From: Infirmifilum sp. | GTDB lineage: Archaea; Thermoproteota; Thermoprotei; Thermofilales; Thermofilaceae | NCBI GenBank assembly: GCA_041287245.1 | Contig: JBEULP010000117.1 | Span: forward strand, 192,001 to 256,000 | Direction: 5' to 3' | Length of the DNA: 64,000 nt | Part shown: positions 59,243-64,000 of the stretch, in pieces | Layout of the letters: each line of letters starts with the position of its first letter | Numbering within the stretch: position 1 is the stretch's first letter | The notes under the pieces: model-generated | Told to the model about the DNA's origin: nothing | The model's database searches: none | The model's input: only the letters and a program-made list of their open reading frames with translations | Program-made: the position numbers and the translations under genes

Positions 59243-59908
59243 ATGTCACAAACAGACCTGCTTTCAATGCTAATCTTAATAATTAACGATGTAATTGCGT
59301 CAATACCTAAAATCTTCCTCGTCGCCGCCATTATTCTAGCAACCTTCATCTTAATAAAATTGGTAAACCGAGTTATCAAATGGCTCGTCTCCATAGGTAG
59401 ATTTGAGGAGACATTGAAGGAAATAATCCCTGAAGGTACTCGCCTATCTCTTACAACCCTCCTGTCGATTTTCGCGGATGTAGCTATCCTTATCGCCGCC
59501 TCTGCGCTGATAATAAGGCTGCACGTCCCTGAAGGAAACGTGTTTTATCAGGAAGCAGTAGGGTATATTGCGAGGGCTGGAAGCGTCGTTATTCTCTCAA
59601 TTCTCGCATTTGTGATGGTAGATGCGGTTGTTAAGTCAATGAAACTTGAGCGGAAGACCGAGAGGTTCTTTGTTATGCTCTCTGCACTTATATTCGTAAT
59701 CCTAATAGTCGATCTAGCAGCTTTGAGTAATGAGGTTAAAGTAGCCCTCACCGCCGGGCTGGCCCTAGGAGTTGGCCTCTTGATAGGTGTTTTCTCTCTC
59801 TGGGCCTTCTTCGGCGACTATATAGAGGAGATAACAGTTGCTCTTCGAAGATTAGAGCCTAAAACTTCTAGCCAGATACTAGCTGAGAGGGAGTTACCTC
59901 CAGAATAG
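59243..59908 (+). CDS. Membrane protein resembling the MscS-associated TM region
   Basis: IP.I..A..I, AGLALGVG..IG motifs; about 5 TM helices. Confidence 0.55.
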   Translation: MSQTDLLSMLILIINDVIASIPKIFLVAAIILATFILIKLVNRVIKWLVSIGRFEETLKEIIPEGTRLSLTTLLSIFADVAILIAASALIIRLHVPEGNVFYQEAVGYIARAGSVVILSILAFVMVDAVVKSMKLERKTERFFVMLSALIFVILIVDLAALSNEVKVALTAGLALGVGLLIGVFSLWAFFGDYIEEITVALRRLEPKTSSQILAERELPPE

Positions 59909-59917
59909 CGTGGGAAG

Positions 59918-61312
59918 ATGACACTAAGTTTTCTACTTGTTCTCTTCTTGGCTCTACCGATTTATTCTGTATTGTTCTACTACATTGTCATATTATGGCT
60001 TGCGGCGAAATTTCCCGGACATACTAAACGGTTAGGTTTAGGGGTCAAGGGGTTACAATCTCTAGATGTTCTCATTCCTATCAGGGAGGAACCGGTGGAA
60101 ATTGTCAAGGAGACTTTGAAGCGTAATAGGGAAGGCTTTGAGACTGTGGAGTGTGTCAAAAAAGTTACCCTTCTCTCAGATGATAATCAAGAGTATTTCC
60201 AGCGGCTCGTGAAAGATATAGAGCCTTTTAGCAAGGTACAAATTATCAGACGTCAGGAACCAAGAGGTGGGAGGACAGGAGCACTCGACGACTATTTCAC
60301 CTCTACAGACGCTGACTACATTTTAATCCAAGACGTAGATGGTTTCATTGATAAACGCTCCCTTACAAGCCTATGCGAGTCCCTCGAGGGCAGCGCGGCA
60401 TACGTAATACCGTGGAAGGGGTATTCGCTAGAAACCACACGAGTAGCAAAAGCCTTAATTTTCTTCACAGACTTTGGCTCTCAGCTTCTCTACAAGCTTC
60501 GGTTCAAGGCAGGTTTCTTTGTTTTTCCACTAGGGTCAGGAACAGCTTATCACCGTGAGACTATAGTAGGGCTGGGAGGTTGGGGCGACGGTATAATACA
60601 GGATGACATATACATGGGTGTAAAGCTAGCCTCGAAAGGTTATATTCCGGCTTTATTGGAAGACGGTGAGATCTATGTTTTAGTCCCTTCCCGGATGTAT
60701 AGCTTGCGGAAACAGCAATCGCGTTGGGCGTATGGAACAAGCGAGGTGCTATCACGCAACCTTAAAAAAATACTCGGAGCACCTATACCACTTCACATGA
60801 AGCTTGAGATGATCATTTATATGCTACAGCCTGTCGAGACGCTTCCACCTTTCCTCGCACTGACTCTATCACCTTTAGTGGCTTTTATGGATCAGGTATC
60901 CACACCCCTTACGTTACAGATTCTTCAGGTGTTTGGCGTGTTTGCACCTCTCGTCGCACTGGGAATCCTTTATGGACTCCTTCTTTACAAGGTACAACCA
61001 GGGGCTTTATCAGGAAAATTTAAGGAGTATGTAGTGAACGCAGGGAGATTTTCAGCCATATTAGCGGTTCTCTCGCCTCATTTATCAATAGCTGCTCTAA
61101 GGGGTTTGTTAAGACTAGGATTAAAGTGGGAAGTTACGCCGAAAGGGGAGAAGGAAAAGAAAAGCCCAAAAGATAACACGCCGTTTTGGATTGTTTTATG
61201 GTCAACACTGGGCATCATCTTCTCGGTAATTTACGCGAATATGTATTCGTTGACAGTTCCTCTTCTATACTTAATAGCATCTCTATACAGCCTATTTAGA
61301 TTAGAACTATGA
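59918..61312 (+). CDS. Processive GT2 glycosyltransferase, cellulose-synthase-like
   Basis: DD, RTGAL, DVD, QDD and QQSRW (D,D,D,QxxRW), W.VTPK; multiple TM helices. Confidence 0.88.
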   Translation: MTLSFLLVLFLALPIYSVLFYYIVILWLAAKFPGHTKRLGLGVKGLQSLDVLIPIREEPVEIVKETLKRNREGFETVECVKKVTLLSDDNQEYFQRLVKDIEPFSKVQIIRRQEPRGGRTGALDDYFTSTDADYILIQDVDGFIDKRSLTSLCESLEGSAAYVIPWKGYSLETTRVAKALIFFTDFGSQLLYKLRFKAGFFVFPLGSGTAYHRETIVGLGGWGDGIIQDDIYMGVKLASKGYIPALLEDGEIYVLVPSRMYSLRKQQSRWAYGTSEVLSRNLKKILGAPIPLHMKLEMIIYMLQPVETLPPFLALTLSPLVAFMDQVSTPLTLQILQVFGVFAPLVALGILYGLLLYKVQPGALSGKFKEYVVNAGRFSAILAVLSPHLSIAALRGLLRLGLKWEVTPKGEKEKKSPKDNTPFWIVLWSTLGIIFSVIYANMYSLTVPLLYLIASLYSLFRLEL

Positions 61313-61572
61313 TCCCCCACTAGTTGGGAGGTTTTTGCGAGGGTATGCTTTCACACCTTAGCCATTCTCAGGTAAAGTTTTGTCCTTGAATTTTCTGCCC
61401 AAGGAGGAAGAATATAGAGAGGCTTAGTCAGTTTTTGGTGAAAACCAGATGCCCCTGCAGGAGCTCTAAGCTAGTAGCTATAAGGAATCGAAGATTTTAT
61501 TAAGCCCCGGAGACCCTTCCCTTATAATGATACTACAAAAAGCGAGACTTAAGCTAAAAACACCTGGTTAAT

Positions 61573-62499
61573 TCATGGAAGAACAATGTAAGTTGGTGGA
61601 GGCCACATTGCAAGGTAAAGGATGCTGGGAACACTTAAAGGTGTCTTGGATGTTGATGTCCCAAAGAGTAGGCTGAGAAGACTTGGCTGTGGCGGCTTAA
61701 GCTCGGTTACTGGCGCTTCGTACGGTAAGCCAGCGAGTTCTTTTGTCTTGTTTATCGCCTCGTCCAAGGTTAATATGTCGTCTATAAGTCCCATCTTTAA
61801 AGCCTCCTGTGGGGCGTAAGGTCTTCCAGTGAATACTTCACTGTTAACGTTTTTCCTATTCTCCAAGACTATATTTTGAAACAGCCTAAAGTATTCGTCT
61901 ATAATCTCCTGCATTACCTTTTCTTCCTCAGCTGTCATGTTGCGGAAGGGGGATCCGATGTCCTTCAGCGGCCCCGACTTTATCGTATATACTCTTATAC
62001 CTAGTTTTCCCAGTAAGCCCTCAACAGAGGTAACCGAGGTGTATACCCCGATAGAGCCTACGAGTGCAGAGGGGCTAGCATAGATCTTCGTCGAGGGGCA
62101 GGCTGCCATGTAAGCACCGCTTGCCATGCTTCCCTGGGCGAAAGAAACCACCACCTTTTTGGCTGCAAGCTTCTTAATAGCGTTGTAAAGGTCATATGAA
62201 GCAGATACCGTGCCTCCAGGGCTGTCGAAAACGATTATCACAGCTTTGACGCTGGGGTCATTCCGCGCATTATCGATTAAACTGATATACTGGTCTACGC
62301 TTGTTGTCGCGCCTAACAGCGAACCGGATGAGTAGTCAATTGTCCCTGAAATCTTAATCTTGGCTACATGGGGTACTAATAGAGTGGAGGACTTACTAGA
62401 CGAGAAGAAAGCCAGAAGCACCCCTACCACGACAAGGGTTATAATGATGATAAGGGGAAGCCTCTTCTGAATACTTATTTTGTTAGCTACTTGCGCCAT
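61573..62499 (-). CDS. sppA: Signal peptide peptidase SppA
   Basis: DSPGG, MASGAY, GSIGV, KSGPLKD, FTGR, GLID. Confidence 0.92.
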   Translation of the reverse strand: MAQVANKISIQKRLPLIIIITLVVVGVLLAFFSSSKSSTLLVPHVAKIKISGTIDYSSGSLLGATTSVDQYISLIDNARNDPSVKAVIIVFDSPGGTVSASYDLYNAIKKLAAKKVVVSFAQGSMASGAYMAACPSTKIYASPSALVGSIGVYTSVTSVEGLLGKLGIRVYTIKSGPLKDIGSPFRNMTAEEEKVMQEIIDEYFRLFQNIVLENRKNVNSEVFTGRPYAPQEALKMGLIDDILTLDEAINKTKELAGLPYEAPVTELKPPQPSLLSLLFGTSTSKTPLSVPSILYLAMWPPPTYIVLP

Positions 62500-62543
62500 G
62501 TGAAATTAAAATATAGGCGGGGATATATCTACTACGGTTCGAC

Positions 62544-63953
62544 ATGGTCAAACATTATGATGTTATTGTTTTCGGTACAGGCTCTGCAATGAACATAGTC
62601 TCGGAACTATTAAACCAGGGGTATGAAGGTAAGTTTGCCGTAATCGAGAACAATATGGTTGGAGGCATTTGCTTAACCCGGGGCTGCATACCCTCTAAAA
62701 TGCTTCTCGAAGTAGCACGAAACCTTAGAAGAATACGAGAAGCATCGAAATTCGGCATAGAGGTCTCTCTCAAACCACCTGATTTCGCGTCTACGATGGA
62801 GAGTGTTTGGCAGAGAATATATAGGGAGAGTAGGGAGATCGAGCACTCTCTTAAACATCACCCACTCATTGATCTTTACGAGGTAGACGGAGTATTCGTT
62901 GGTGATTATACGGTCGACGTTGGTGGGCGGGAAATCGAAGGCGAAAAAATCCTCCTCTGCACCGGGTCCAAGCCTAAAATACCTTCCGTGCCAGGGATAG
63001 AGGAAGTAGAGTATTATACCAACGATAACTTCTTCAGGGATCTGCGAAAACTGCCCAGGCGAACGGTCGTGGTGGGGGCAGGTTATGTGGGATTGGAGCT
63101 GGGCTTCTTTCTAGCAATGATGGGGAGCAACGTCACCGTTCTGGGAAGGCGTCCACAAGTCTTACCTGAAGAAGAACCTGAGATTTCACAGCTGTTGAAG
63201 AAAGATCTTTCCCAATATATGGAAATTAAGACGGGATACGAGGTTGTCGAGTTCAGAAGATCTGGGGAACGCAAGATTGTTGTTGCCGAAAACAAAGCTA
63301 CAGGGGAAAACGTTGAGTTTGAAGCTGATGCCATCCTTATAGCATCTGGACGGGCATCATATAGTGACGTTACCAAGCCGGAAAAGACTGGGGTCAGAAC
63401 CGACGAGAAAGGTTGGATTATAGTCGACGAGTACCTAAGAACCACAAAAAGCGACATATGGGCTTTTGGTGACGCAACTGGGAAGCTGATGTATAAACAC
63501 AAGGCTAATTATGAAAGTGTAGTTGTTTACTATAACGCTTTTAAAGGAGAGGAGGTAAAGGCTGATTACCACGCTGTTCCTCACGCAATCTTTACCGAGC
63601 CTGAGGTTGCCAGCGTGGGGCTTCGGGAAGAGGAGGCACGGAAGAAGTATGATATTCTCATTGGCTACGCAAATTATGGTGAAACAGCAAAGGGAGAGGC
63701 CATGAAGGCAGAAGACTACTTTGTAAAGGTAATTCTTGATAAGGAAACATTGAAGATTCTCGGAGCTCACATCGTGGGACCGGAGGCTTCTATTCTAATA
63801 CAGGAGATTGTAAACCTTATGTACACAGAATCCGGAACAGCAGAACCCATTTACAGGGGTATGCACATCCATCCAGCTCTCTCTGAGGTTGTTGAGAGGG
63901 CGTTCTTCCACCTCCACGAGCCTGAAGATGCGCACCGTCACATACACATATAA
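62544..63953 (+). CDS. Dihydrolipoamide dehydrogenase/mycothione reductase-family disulfide oxidoreductase
   Basis: GGICLTRGCIPSK, GAGYVG.E, GD, HIHPALSE. Confidence 0.88.
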   Translation: MVKHYDVIVFGTGSAMNIVSELLNQGYEGKFAVIENNMVGGICLTRGCIPSKMLLEVARNLRRIREASKFGIEVSLKPPDFASTMESVWQRIYRESREIEHSLKHHPLIDLYEVDGVFVGDYTVDVGGREIEGEKILLCTGSKPKIPSVPGIEEVEYYTNDNFFRDLRKLPRRTVVVGAGYVGLELGFFLAMMGSNVTVLGRRPQVLPEEEPEISQLLKKDLSQYMEIKTGYEVVEFRRSGERKIVVAENKATGENVEFEADAILIASGRASYSDVTKPEKTGVRTDEKGWIIVDEYLRTTKSDIWAFGDATGKLMYKHKANYESVVVYYNAFKGEEVKADYHAVPHAIFTEPEVASVGLREEEARKKYDILIGYANYGETAKGEAMKAEDYFVKVILDKETLKILGAHIVGPEASILIQEIVNLMYTESGTAEPIYRGMHIHPALSEVVERAFFHLHEPEDAHRHIHI

Positions 63954-64000
63954 TTAAATTTTTCCAAGTGTAAAGTACACCTTAGCGTTAAGTTAAAAAA

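Noticed and set aside
1863..63770. Numerous 60-140 aa ORFs nested in or antisense to longer genes
   Set aside because: Shadow ORFs of well-supported CDSs, without motifs
1..64000. CRISPR array, rRNA or tRNA genes
   Set aside because: No regularly spaced 24-40 bp repeats, rRNA signature or T-loop GTTCRAATC cloverleaf recognised by eye; a split or intron-rich tRNA cannot be fully excluded

Overview
Gene-dense archaeal chromosomal segment. Gene content, TATA/BRE promoters, frequent GTG/TTG starts and C/D box sRNAs point to a hyperthermophilic Thermoproteota organism, most like Thermofilaceae (inference). About 65 mostly housekeeping or scavenging CDSs: ThiR plus a YkoEDC-type thiamine ECF transporter, a nucleoside-salvage-like cluster with two PNP paralogs, GdhA, Upp, TldD/PmbA, AmrS, TrxR, VapBC, an ABC transporter, Adk, ProC, SOR, a GalU/MFS/cellulose-synthase-like GT2 operon, SppA and a lipoamide-dehydrogenase-family enzyme. 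Features the ORF track does not show: three C/D box guide sRNAs (two carry overlapping guides predicted to methylate adjacent nucleotides of one target), four palindromic ThiR-type operators, two IS200/IS605 right-end remnants (one a candidate orphan omega-RNA, one truncating a phosphatase pseudogene), a decayed HEPN-MNT pair, and an adenylate kinase whose expected start codon is ATC. No CRISPR array, rRNA or tRNA gene was recognised. All family assignments come from motif recognition, not database searches.
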